Source: Prorocentrum cordatum
Taxonomy: Eukaryota
DNA: 64,000 nucleotides
Assembly: GCA_963575745.1 (NCBI GenBank)
Contig: CAUYUJ010000002.1
Coordinates: 124,001-188,000, forward strand
Direction: 5' to 3'
The notes under the pieces were generated by a model that saw nothing but the letters and a program-made list of their open reading frames with translations, was not told the DNA's origin and searched no databases. Below are positions 39,268 to 50,725 of this stretch, piece by piece (positions within the stretch are counted from its first letter, which is position 1; the number at the start of each line of letters is the position of its first letter). A program made the position numbers and the translations under genes.

Positions 39268-39356
39268 CAGTCGGAACGGGTAGCCCGACTGGCCGAGCTG
39301 GCCCCCAGCTCGGCGGTGGCAGCCTGTCTGGCCGCCGCACACTGTTCACAGTGTGC
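39268..39356. other. Four abutting short hairpins
   Basis: CAGTCGG/CCGACTG, GCCGAGCTGG/CCAGCTCGGC, GCGGTGGCAG/CTGGCCGCCGC and GCACACTGT/ACAGTGTGC. Confidence 0.75.
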
Positions 39357-39473
39357 AAACTGCACTGAAATGGGCCTAGCTGGCGGGCGGGCGACGAGCG
39401 GGGCGGCGCGGCGAGCGGGGCGGCGCGGCGAGCGGGGCGGCACTCTAACCACATCTTCTGAACTACACCCCCT

Positions 39474-39595
39474 CGTTCGTTATCATCACCATCGCTACCC
39501 TGGTTTCGGCATTGCGATCGCGACGCCCCAGCCGCGTCGGGACGTCGCAATCGCAACGCCGTAAACCAGGGTACCGATGACGATGATGACGAACG
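39474..39595 (-). other. ~52-bp imperfect inverted repeat (pre-miRNA-sized hairpin)
   Basis: CGTTCGTTATCATCACCATCGCTACCCTGGTTTCGGCATTGCGATCGCGACG pairs with 39543-39595. Confidence 0.85.
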
Positions 39596-40527
39596 CGGAC
39601 GGGGCTCAAAAGGCGTCAACGTCTCTGCACTGATGCTTTCGTCGTGAGCATCAGCAGCATCATCGGCAACATCATCATACTCATCATCGTCATCACCATC
39701 GCCATCCGCATCACCATCGCCATCGTCATCATCACCACCAACATCATTCGTACCATGATCAGCAGCAGTACCATTATCATCACCGTCAGCACTATCATCA
39801 TCGTCATCATCATCGTCGTCGCCGCCGTTGTCGTCGTCGTTATTGTTACCACTATTAGTATCATCATTATCATTATTGTCAGTATCACCATCATCATCAT
39901 GATCCGCATCATCAGCAGCACCATCAACATCGTCATCTTCATCAACATCATCATTGTCATCAACATCATCAGCATCAGCATCAGCGTCATCATCATCACC
40001 ATCATCATCACCATCATCATCATCATCAGCATCATCATCATCATCATCCTCATCATCATCAGCATCATCATCACCAGCACCGTCATCAACAACGTCGCCA
40101 TCACCATCACCATCACCATAGGGCCTGCGATGAATGCTGGACTCTAGAGGTCTGAAGGTGGAGAAGAAGGATAGGTGATCAAGGACGGGAACTCGGAAGG
40201 ATGGGGGCGGACGGGTGAGTAAGGAGGAGGAGGCGGTGAGAATTGCACACCTTCTTAGGAGCTCCTCCTCCTCCTCCTCCTCCTCCGCCGTTCCTTCCGC
40301 CTCCTCATCCAGCTCATCCTTCTCCTCCGTTTCTTCCTCCGCCTCCTCCTCCACACCTCCTCCCCATCCCTTTCCACCTCCGATGATCCCTCCTCCTCCT
40401 CCTCCTCCTCCGCCTCCTCCTCCGTCCCCTCCTCTTTCTCCTCCTCCACCTCCATCTCCACCTACACCTCCTCACCATCAGCATCCTCATATTCCTTTCC
40501 CTCTTGGAGGTCTGGCCAGCCTGACAC

Positions 40528-42908
40528 TCACGTCTGAGTGTCGTTGCCACTCGTGCCGCTCACGCGGCGGCGCTTCGCCTGCTTCTGGGGGCCGTCGCCA
40601 TCGTACGGCTGGGTGCCATAGACCTCGGCCTCGGGGTCCGACACCACGACGTCACCATTGTCATCCTCGTCCGTGGCCTCGATGGCGGTGTCCGTCTGGC
40701 CCGTCACGCCGACGCCGCCGCCGTCCTTCACGCCCTTCTCGTAGCCGATGCCGCCGCCCTTCTGGACCTGCTCGTGGCCAACGCCGCCGCCTGCCAGCCC
40801 CTGCTCGTGGCCGCCGCCGCCGCCCTCCAGGCCCCGCTCGTGGCCGATGCCGCTGCCCTCCAGGCCCTGCTCGTGGCCGATGCCGTCGCCCTCCTGGCCC
40901 TTCTCGTGGCCGATGCCGTCGCCCTCCTGGCCCTTCTCGTGGCCGATGCCGTCGCCCTCCAGGCCCTTCACGTGGCCGATGCCGTCGCCCTCGCGGCCCT
41001 GCTCGTTGCCGATGCCGCCGTCCTCCAGGCCGTTGTCGTGGCCGATGCTGTCGTCCTCGATGACCACCGCGGCAGGCACACTGTCGGCCGACGCTGCGCC
41101 CGAAGCCTCGCCGACGTCGCTGGGCAGCTCGGTGTGGAGCTGCCCCGCCACGCCCTGCTTCGTCAGCTCGACCTCGGTCCGCACTTTCTCGAGCATGTGC
41201 TGGTTCGCCCAGATCACCGTGCCCTTGAGGCTGCAGGCCACCTGCACCTTGTGGTTGCTGAACTTCGTCCAGACCTGATTCGTCCTCGACTTGATGTAGA
41301 CCTCCCAGCCGACGATCTTGGGCCGCGGCGAGACGCCGACCTACGGGGCACGCGACAACGACGACGACGACGACGCCCATCGACCCCTGACGGGGAGGGG
41401 AGTGGCGAAGGATGAGGTGGGGGATGAAGAAGATGCGGAGGAGGAGCTATGAGATGGAGGGGGTAGAGGAGGAGGAGGAGGAGGAGGAGGAGGCGGAGGA
41501 GGAAGAGGAGGAGAGGGAGGAGGAGGGGGAGGAGGAGGAGGAGGAGGAGGAGGAGGAGGAGGAGGAGGAGCTGGAGGAGCTGGAGCTGGAGAAGGAGAAG
41601 GAGGCGGAGGAGGAGGAGGAGGAGGAGGAGCAGCAGCAGGAGCAAGAGGAGTGGGAGGAGGAGGCGGAGGAGGAGGAGGAGGAGGAGGAGGCGGTGCAAA
41701 TCTCACTGCCTCTCCCTCCTTCCTCCTCCATCCTCCCCCGTCCCCTGAGTTGCCGTTCCATGATCCGTCCTCCTTCTCCTATACCCTCGACCCTGGTAGT
41801 TCAGCACTCCTCGTTCCTCATGTTCTCATCCTCTCGATCCTCCGTCATCCTTCCTCCCCTAGCTTCTGATTGTACGTCCTCGGGCCTTGTAGTGCCCGTA
41901 GCTGCGGCACAAGGCGCGGGCCTCCTTGATCTGCTCATTCACCTGTTCCATGGTGATCGGCTTCTCCTCGTTGTCCTTGCCAGCGACCGCCTCGCCGTCG
42001 CCGTCGGCGTCCTCGGCTTCGCCCTGCGCGCGCTTGGCCTTGCCACGGCCCTTGCCGCGGCTCTTGCCAGCAGCCGCCTCTGCGCCGTCGGCGTCCTTCT
42101 CGGCGGCGTCGCCCTGCACGCGCTTGGCCTTGCCACGGCCTTTGCCACGGCCTCTGCCAGCGACCGCCTCTGCGCCGTCGCCGTTGGCGTCCTGGCCGGC
42201 GTCGCCCTGCCTGCGCTTGGCCTTGCCACGGCCTTTGCCAGCACCAGCCGCAGCGCCGACGACGCCGTCGCCGATGAGATCGGCTGGTGCTGCCTGGAGG
42301 AGGAGGGGGGGAGGATGAGGGAATGCAAAGGATGGGATCCTCCTCCTCTTCATGCCCCTCTTGATCATCCCTCCTCCGCCTCCTCCTCATCATCCTCCTC
42401 CTCCCAAGCAGTCGGCCTTGAGTTGTTGTTGCTACCAGCCCCGTCCTCAGTTCCCCCACTTTCCTCATCCTCCTCCTCATCCATCTCCTCCCCCTCCTGC
42501 CTCCAGCCTCCCCTCGCCCTCGTCGTCCTCCTCATCCTAATCCCCATCCTCATCCTCATCCTCATCCTCATCATCCTCCCTCCTCCCTTCTCCCTCCTCA
42601 CTCTCTCCTTCTTACTCCTCCCTCCTTCCTCCTCGCCCTCCTCAGTCATCCTCCTCCCTAATTTTCCCCTCCCTCCTTCACCCCTCCTCCAGGGCGTACC
42701 CATATCCTCCTCTTCCTCATCTTCCTCCTCCTCCTCCTCCTCGCCATCCTCATCCCGCCGTTTCCTCCAAATCCTGAGGACGAGGAGAATGCAAGGATGA
42801 GCAGGAGGCGTGGGCGCCTTCGCGGCCTTCTTGGCTTCCTGGGCCTCCTCGGCCTTCTTGGCCGCTGCGGCCTGGATGGATGAGGAGGACGAGGAGGACG
42901 AGGAGGAG

Positions 42909-42939
<31 letters not shown>

Positions 42940-43606
42940 AGGAGGAGGAGGAGCAGGGGGAGGAGGAGGAGGAGGAGGAGGAGGAGGAGGAGGAGGAGGA
43001 GGAGGAGAAGGAAGAGGAGGGGGAGGAGGATCAGGAGAAAGAGGAGGAGGAGGAGGAGGAGGAGGAGGAGGAGGAAGGTGAGGAAGAGGAGGAGGAGGAA
43101 GAGGAGGAGGAGGAGGAGGAGGAGGAGGGCAGCCTCCTTCTCCTTCGCCTTGGGGTCCACCGCCTCCTCGAACTTCATCCCCTTGTGGAGCCAGCGGTCG
43201 CCGTCGTCCCAGACGAAAACCGCAGCCCCGCTCGCCGCCCTGATGACGCCCACCGCCGCGAACGAGTCGCACTTGCGGTAGGCCCACGACTGCAGCACCA
43301 CGAACTCGCAGTCGTCGTCGTCGTCGCCGAGCTTCTTGTCCTCCAGCGGCGCAGCTGGGGGCGCCGCGGCGCCGTCCGTCAGCGGCTGGGCGGCGGGCGC
43401 AACGACGGGCGCCGCGGTGTCGTGCGTCGGGGGCTCTTCGCTGCCTCGACGACGGCGACGATGGCGACGACGACGCCGACGACAAGGGCGGCTACATCGT
43501 TGAGGTTCGCAGGCCGACGACCGACGATCGACGATCGACAAAGGACGACGGCGGCGACCGACGACGGAAATCGACGACGACGACGGCTACGACCACGACA
43601 AAAGAC

Positions 43607-43638
<32 letters not shown>

Positions 43639-44054
43639 CGAGGGCGACGATGACCGATCACGACGGCGACGACTGCGGCGATCGACGACGTCGACGACGA
43701 CGAACACGACGAACACGACGACCACGACGAAAACGACGACGACGATGCCGACCACGCTGACGACGACGACGACGGCGACGTCGACGACGATGACGGCGAC
43801 GACGACGACGGCGGCGACCACGACGACGCCGACGACGACGACGCTCCACCGTCGTCGCTCAGGAAGCTGTCGTCGCCGTCGCTGTCGGCCCACATGGCCG
43901 TGAGCTCCTTGTAGACCTTGGCCGAGCGCGGCGTTCTCGAAGCCTTCGGTCGTGGCCTCGAGGCGCCCTCGCCGTGCTCCATCTTCCGCTGGAGCGAGCT
44001 CGGCACCGTGTACCCCAGCCTTGACGTTGGTTGGCGCGGCATCGAGAGGCACAT
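40528..44054 (-). CDS. Unknown protein (gene B), 5 exons, ~596 aa, with internal repeats
   Basis: Exons 44054(or 44042)-43850 (G|GT), 43444-43134 (..CEFVVLQSWAYRKC..FVWDDGDRWLHKG; GAG|GC), 42871-42818 (AAAAKKAEEAQEAKKAAK; AAG|GC), 42293-41886 (GKGRGKAKR x3; AAG|GC) and 41340-40528 (VGVSPRPKIVGWEVYIK..; 11-aa GDGIGHEKGQE repeats). All acceptors are AG|G, phases are consistent and codons are GC3-rich. Confidence 0.8.
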
Positions 44055-44307
44055 GAGGGATTGCGAGGAGGAAGACGGCGCGACAGTAGCCAGAGGAAAC
44101 TTCGCCAGTCTAGCTCGAACATCCCTCGCCCTCAGGGCAACGGATTTCGAGCTAGGCTAGCTTGACTTCCTCTAGCTACTGTCGCGCAATCCTCTGCATC
44201 GCCGTCCCGCAGGGCTTCGAGGAAGGCGAGGAGGTCGAGGGGTGGAGGCGAGGGCGGAGGCGAAGAGGACAGCGGAGGTCGCCTCTTGATGCGGCGCCAG
44301 CCAGCCA
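44024..44307. other. Large imperfect palindrome centred at 44132/44133
   Basis: GCGCGACAGTAGC.AGAGGAA (44078-44098) pairs with 44167-44187. CTAGCTCGAA (44110-44119) pairs with TTCGAGCTAG (44146-44155). Outer arms are ~44027-44050 and 44281-44305. Confidence 0.9.
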
Positions 44308-44632
44308 CCATTGTCTGCAGCTTGCTGGCCTCCGCGCAGACCGATGGGCCGTTCAGGGCGGGCAGCACCTAGGACGGATGGGGGGGATGGCTATTCCTTA
44401 TTCGTCTCCTCCTCCGCTTCCTCCTCCTCCTCCTCCTCCCCTCCTCATCCGCCTCATCCTCTTCCTCCTCCTCATCCTCCTCCTCCTCATCCTCCCCCTC
44501 CTCCTCCTCGCATCCTCCTTCTCCTCTTCCTCGTCCTCCTCCTCCTCCTCCTCCTCCTCCTCTCCTCCTCCTCCCCTCTCCCCCCCCTCCTCCTCCTCCT
44601 CCTCCTCCTCCTCCTCCTCCCTCCTCCTCCTC

Positions 44633-44664
<32 letters not shown>

Positions 44665-45331
44665 ATCCTCGCCACCTCTTCATCTCCTATCCACCACCCC
44701 ATCGCAGTCATCATCCTCCACATCCTCGTCGCATTCCTCCTGCTCCTCCTCCTCCTCCTTCTCCTCCTCCTTCTCTTCCTCCTCCTCTCCTCCTCCTCCT
44801 CCTCCTCCTCCGCGGCCTTATCACCCTCATTGGTCATCGTCCTCCTCCACCTCTTCCTAGCGCCTCCTCCTCCTCCTCCTCCTCCTCCTCCTATGTGTGT
44901 TTCTCCCCTGCTCCCCCTCCCCTACTCCGTCTGCTCCCCTCCTCGTCCTCCTCCTCGTCGTCCTCATCCTTCTCCTCCTCCATCTGTGCACCTCGTGGAC
45001 GGCGCACTCGTAGTCGGCGATGTTCCACATCAGCGAGGGCGACGCGGCCTCCAGATGCTTGACCGCGCGCCACCACCCCGAGGACTCCAGGAACTCGCAG
45101 AGCCCCCCTCATATGAGACAAACTCGGACCGAATCCGACGCTCCATTCATTACCCACCGCCGCCTCCACAACGGAGGGCGGCGGTGGGCGATGAAGGACA
45201 CGTTGGGTTCTGCTGAGTTTTCTCATCTGGCCTATCTTCTTGCCCTGCTGCGTCCAGTCGCACAGCGGCGTCTTGTGCTGCGGCGGCGCGAGGCGCAGCG
45301 CCGCGACGACGTCCGCGACGTCGCCGCCCAT
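44132..45331 (-). CDS. Unknown small protein (gene A), 3-4 exons, ~128-150 aa
   Basis: Exons 45331-45232 (MGGDVADVVAALRL..GKKI, G|GC), 45107-44992 (GLCEFLESSGWWRAVKHLE..AVHE|GT) and 44368-44132 (TAG|VLPALNG..). A 66-nt in-frame GA-AG intron at 44280-44215 is possible. Phases are consistent. Confidence 0.7.
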
Positions 45332-45433
45332 AGTTGGGGCAATCGGGCTGTGCGTCGGGTGTCGGGCGACGTCGGGCTGGGCGTCGGGCTGGGCGCCCGA
45401 CGTCGGGCTGGGCGCAGGGCTCGGCGCCAAAGC

Positions 45434-45450
45434 CTCGAGCCAGAACGGCT
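45434..45450 (-). other. Degenerate spliced-leader relic upstream of gene A
   Basis: AGCCGTTCTGGCTCGAG against SL AGCCATTTTGGCTCAAG (14/17, all transitions), ~100 nt upstream of the ATG. Confidence 0.6.
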
Positions 45451-45964
45451 TCCCGAGGGCCCTCAAGGCCTCCCATGGCCCCATCGGGCCTCTCAAGGCA
45501 CCCCAAAGATTCGGGCCGCGTAGGCCGCCTCTTAGGGCCTCGGGCCTCTTGGGGCCTCGGACCTCTTAGGGCCTCGTATGCCCCTCAGGGCCTCGTAGGC
45601 CTCTTAGGGCCTCGGGCCTCTCGGGTTCCTAAGGCCTCTGCGGCCTAGGCCTCTCGGGCCTCATGGGGCCTCGGAGGGTCTTATAGGTCCTTGAGGGCCT
45701 CATAGGGCCTCTATGCATGGCCCCTCAGGGCCTCTCGAGCCTCTTAGGTCGGGCCTCCTGGGCCTCTCAGGGCCCCTCGGGCCTCTCGGTGCCTCATCAG
45801 CACGGGCTCTTCGGGGCCTCGGGGAGGGGGGGGGGGCGATGGTGGCCCAAGACGGTTCCAACATGGACGGGATACACGAGGAGGCGGAGGACGAATGGCG
45901 AATAGAAGTGCCGAGGGAGGAGGAGGAGGAAGAAAGACAAGGAAGGGCGAGCTAGGAGGAGGAA

Positions 45965-46153
45965 GGATATTGATGGTGATGATGGTGAGGATGAGGATGA
46001 TGATGGGGATGATGACGATGATGATGCTGATGCTGATGATGCTGATGATGCTGCTGGCGATCGAAAATTGTGATGACGATGTTGATGATGCTGATGATGC
46101 TGCCGATGATGATGAGGATGAAGCGAAGTGGTATGGGCACCACCCATCGTCAC

Positions 46154-46227
<74 letters not shown>

Positions 46228-46615
46228 TCATCATCATCGTCATCATCGTTAACAACATCACGGTCATAATGTCTGTCATCAGCACAGTCATCACCATCAT
46301 CATCACCAGCATCATCAGCATCATATCTATAGATATCAGCAGCCATACTTGGCATCATCGGCGTCCTGCCATCATGGCAACCAGCATCATCACCACACGT
46401 AGCATCATGACCATTAACGTATTGTCGTCATCCTCATCACCATCACCTCCAATAGTAAACGTCACCACCATTATCACCATCATCGCCATCCTCATCATCA
46501 TCATCATCATCATCATCATCACCGTCATCATCAGTATCAGCATCATCGTCATCATCGTCACTGCCAACAGTAAGTGCACGCGTATCATCGTCACCCGCAT
46601 CAATATCACCACCCA

Positions 46616-46653
<38 letters not shown>

Positions 46654-46755
46654 CCATCACCATCATCCTCATCATCCTCAGCATCCTCATCATCAGCATC
46701 ATCATCATAAGCATCATCATCAGCATCACCATCACCGATGGCCATCATCATCTTC
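45965..46755. repeat. (GAT)n switching to (CAT)n at ~46130
   Basis: Read directly. Confidence 0.9.
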
Positions 46756-46784
46756 ATCGAATTAAAGTAAAAACGCAAGAAAAA

Positions 46785-46849
46785 CGAGACATCTCGAGAC
46801 ATCTCGAGACATTCGAGACATCTAGAGACATCTAGAGACATCTAGAGAC
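46785..46849 (+). repeat. GAGACATCT 10-mer array
   Basis: About 6-7 units of cgagacatct/agagacatct after an A-rich stretch. Confidence 0.9.
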
Positions 46850-47659
46850 GCATGAAAATGAGCGCTTCGAGCCACCTTCCGGAAGGTGCGGAAGGTGGAG
46901 AGCGAGGGAAGTGCCGTTTGTTTTTCACTACTGCATATATGTCGGTCTTCGGGGCGGGTTGTCCGATGGGTTAGGCGCGGTTGCCGGTTTCGACCAGTGC
47001 CCCAAGGCGTCGGTGCTCGGCCTTGGTTTTGCAGCTGTGTCTTGCGATGCAAGTTGGTTTTCGGCCTCGGTATTAATCTTCGGCCTTGGTCTTCCGATGC
47101 CGTCCGTCTGCGACGCTGGCCCACATGGTAGAACAACGAAGATCGACTTCAGATTTGCGGCGGGGGGGCGGTCTTGATTTCCTGAGTTCTGCGTGCACCA
47201 TTCGCTCGCCCAAAGCGCGGTGCCCCTTGGGTCCCGCGACACGTGGCTCTTTCTATGGCCCGCGGCGCCAACGGCCTCACTGCCGCGGAGCACGCGAGCA
47301 CGCGCTTGTCTGCGCGAGTTTTGCTTCGCACCGCGCAGCGCGAAACACCCGAACGCACGAGCGCGCATTTCCACAGCGAGGCTTCGATGTCACACGCTGT
47401 TTGCGCGGGGGCTCGCGTTGCACAGCCAAGGGAGGGGGGCGAGTCTTCTGAAGAGAGCACCGCGTGCGCGTCGCCGAGTGCGTTTCGCATTGCGCCCAGC
47501 TGCCAGAAGCAAGTCTCTCCACCGCGCCAGTCCAGCTCTTTGGGCGGCGACTGTTCGAGCGATGATAACGACGATGGTGGCGACGAGGACGGCGATGATA
47601 ATGCGAAGAAGACGCTAGGCTGTCACACGCGCGCGTTCCCAATCAATTTCTTGAAGAGC

Positions 47660-48260
47660 CTTCATGGAGCTCAATTGGGCCGTATCAGGGCAGTCATGGG
47701 TTCCTGTGGGGCCGTCTTGCGGGCCCTTTGCGGCTTTCCTGGGTTGCTCTGGGCTCCACATGAGCCGTCTTGGGTCTCTCTTGCGGCCTTCGTCGGGGCG
47801 TCGCGGGGGCGCCTGGGCCCGTCGGGGGTCGAGAGGCCCTCCCGGGCCGTCTTGGATCCCTTCGGCTGTCTTCGTAGGCTGTCTTGGGGCTCTCTTGGGG
47901 CCGTCCTGTGCCGTATTCTGGAGGTTTCTCGGCTCATTGTCGCGGCGTCTTGGGCCGTCTCAGGGCAACGTTGGAGGCTTCGTTGGCCGTCTCGGGCTGA
48001 TTGAAGCCGCGAGCGATGATGTACCCAAATCAATGAAGCGCCGTATCAAAATCAGCGAGTGTCGCCCCTATGGTCTTTCGGGGTCCTTTGGGACCCTCCT
48101 GAGCCGCCCTGGGACGTATTGGGGGCTTCTCTGAACCATCTTGGTTTCGTGCTGGGCCTCCGTGGTGCCGCGTTGATTTGTCTCGGAGCCATCTTTGTCC
48201 GTCCAAGAAAGAACCTGAGGCCATCTTGGCGGCCGTTTGCCACCCAGGGCCGTCTTGGGA
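47660..48260. repeat. Old diverged copy of the GGGCCGTCTTGG family
   Basis: Repeated gccgtcttgg and ggggctctcttggggccg motifs, as in 1-1420. Confidence 0.6.
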
Positions 48261-48664
48261 GATTCGGACAGCCTCAGGGAGTCAGCGCGGTCGCCCGGGA
48301 ACCCTCGGGAGATAAGGGGCGGCGCGCGGGAAAGCGCGCGGTGGGGCGGGCGAGCCCCCTCAGCGAATGGGGAAACCCTGCCAGACAGCACTTTGCATTC
48401 GCGCGCTCCACTGTCGCGGCGGCGCGGCGCCGCCTGGCGCGCGCGAGCGCGATTGAGGCGGCCTCTGCGCCGCCGCGCGCGCGATGGCTGGAAGGGCGCT
48501 CGCGTTGGATTTCCCGCGCGCGCGACGGCCAGGCGCCTCCGTGCGCGGAAAACGCAGCGCGAGCGGTCTTCACTCGGACATGCCTATGAGGCCGCTGGTG
48601 TCTCCCAGCGCGTCGTGGCCGAGTCTCGCCCGCCACTTGCCTTCGCGGCTTCGCGCGAGGGGGC

Positions 48665-49270
48665 GGTTGCGCGGTCAACCTGGGGCGTTCAACGGGCCTA
48701 TGGGCGGTCGATCCAGGTCGGTCCGCGCGCGGTTGGGCGGGCAGCTCGGGCGGTCAATTCAGGCGTCCAACGTGCGGCCGGGCGGTCAACGCGCGGCTGG
48801 GCGGTCAACCTGGGCGGTCAACTCGGTCGGTCACGCCGCAGCGGGGCGGTCAACGCGCGGGTGGGCGGTCAACCCGGGCGGTCAACTCGGTTGGTCAACT
48901 CGCGGCAGGGCGGTCAATGCGCGGTTGGGCGGTCAATCTGGCCGATCAACTCATCAAAGCGCGCGTCGGCCGATCAACTCGGCCGATCAACTTGGCCGAC
49001 CAACTCGTCAACGCGCGCGCGCGGTCAACTCGGCCGATCAATTTGGCCGATCAGCTGGGCCGATCAATTCGGCCGATCAGCTCGGCCCATCAACTCGGCC
49101 GATCAACTCGGCCGATCAACTCGGCCCATCAACTCGGCCCATCAACTCGGCCGATCAACTCGGCCGATCAACCCGGCCGTTCGACTCGGCCGATCATTTC
49201 GGCCGGTCAACTCGCCTGGCCCATTTGGTCGGTACTTTCGGGCGGCCAACTCGGGGGGGTCAACTCGGGC
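48665..49270. repeat. 13-mer minisatellite grading from GGGCGGTCAAC to GGCCGATCAACTC
   Basis: Read directly. Confidence 0.85.
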
Positions 49271-49749
49271 GCGCGCCGCGGTGCCTGGGCGCCTCCGCCC
49301 ACGCGCGCCGCCAGCGCATGGGTGCGCTCGCCCGCGCTCGCGGTGGGTGCCCGAACGTCTTCATGCAGAGCTTCCCAGGTCAATGAGCTTCGCGTGGCCT
49401 GTCGTGTTTTTCTAGCCCGTTCGGTTTCGGGCGATCCAGAATCGCCCAGGCGATTGAAGCCTCGGTCGACCCAGAGCCTCGCAGACGCTTGCGCTTCGAG
49501 CGATCCAGAGTCTACTAGACCCTTGCACTTGGACCCTTTGGTGGTTGGTTTTCACGCAAATCGCTCGGCTGGCGCCGATGCACAATGTGCCATCGCAAAA
49601 AACCGCTCGCGCACGGCGCGAGATAGAGGAGTGCAGCGCAGCGCGCGTCGCCCACATCGCATGGCTGACGCCAAGACAGGGGAAGCCCTGGCAATCGAAG
49701 TTCACAACAACCGTTCGGCTGACGCCGAGGCAACCGCTCGGCCAACGCC

Positions 49750-50725
49750 TCCATGCCGCCGCGCGCGCGGCAGCGCTGAGCCGACGTGCGTGGAGGAATG
49801 CAGCGGGAGCGGCCTCTGCGCCGCCGCTCGCTCGGCGGCGCCAGCCCGTCGCGCGTGGAACAAGCGCGCCGAGCGCGGTTTCTGCGACGCCGCGCGAGGG
49901 GGCGCCGTGCCGTCGTGCGCAGAGGAACGCAATGGGGGCGGCCCTTGCGCCGCCGCGCGCGCGGCGGCGCTGGGCCGTCGCGCGCGGACAAGTTGTGACG
50001 AGGCCAGCTTCTGCGCCGTCGCTCGCGCGGCGTCACTGGGCCGTCGAGCGTTGTGACGTGCGGCGGGGGGGGGATCTCTGCGCCGCCGCGCGCGCGGCGG
50101 CGCTGGGCCGTCGCGCGCGGAAGGCGCGCCGCCGGCGGCCTCTGCGCCGCCGCGCGCGCGGCGACGCAGGCCGTCGTGCGCGGAGAAGCGCGTCGCGAGC
50201 GGCCATTGCGCCGCCGCGCGCGCGGCGGCGTTGGGCCTGCGTGCGCGAGGAAACGCAACGGCGGCGGACCCTGCTCCGCCGCGCGCGCGGCGGCGCGGGG
50301 CCGCCGCGCTCAGGGAAAAAAACGCGACGAGACCAGCTTCGGCGCTTCCGTGCGCGCGGCGGCGTTGGCCGTCGTGCATGGACAGGCGAAATGGAGGCGG
50401 CCTCTGCGCCGCCGCGAGCGCGGCGGGCTGGGGCCGTCGCGAGCAGAAGATGCAACGCGAGCCGTTCCCGCGCCGCCGTGCGCGCGGCGGCGCTTGGCCG
50501 TCGTGCGCAGAGAACTTTGACGGCGGCGACCTTTGCGCTGCCGCGCGCGCGGCGGCGGTGGGCCGCTTGCGTAAGAATGCGATGGGGGCGGCCCCAGCGC
50601 CGCCGCGCGCGCGGAGGCGCCGGGCCGCCCCCCGCGGGAAACGCAGGCGTTGGGCCGTCGCGCGTGGAGAAATGCAACGGGGGCAGCCTCTGCGCCGCCG
50701 CGCGCGCCGCAGCATTGGGCCGCTT
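49750..50725. repeat. Diverged ~55-62 bp GC-rich tandem repeat
   Basis: Core CTCTGCGCCGCCGCGCGCGCGGCGGCGCTGGGCCGTCG, internally palindromic, about 16 units. Confidence 0.85.
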
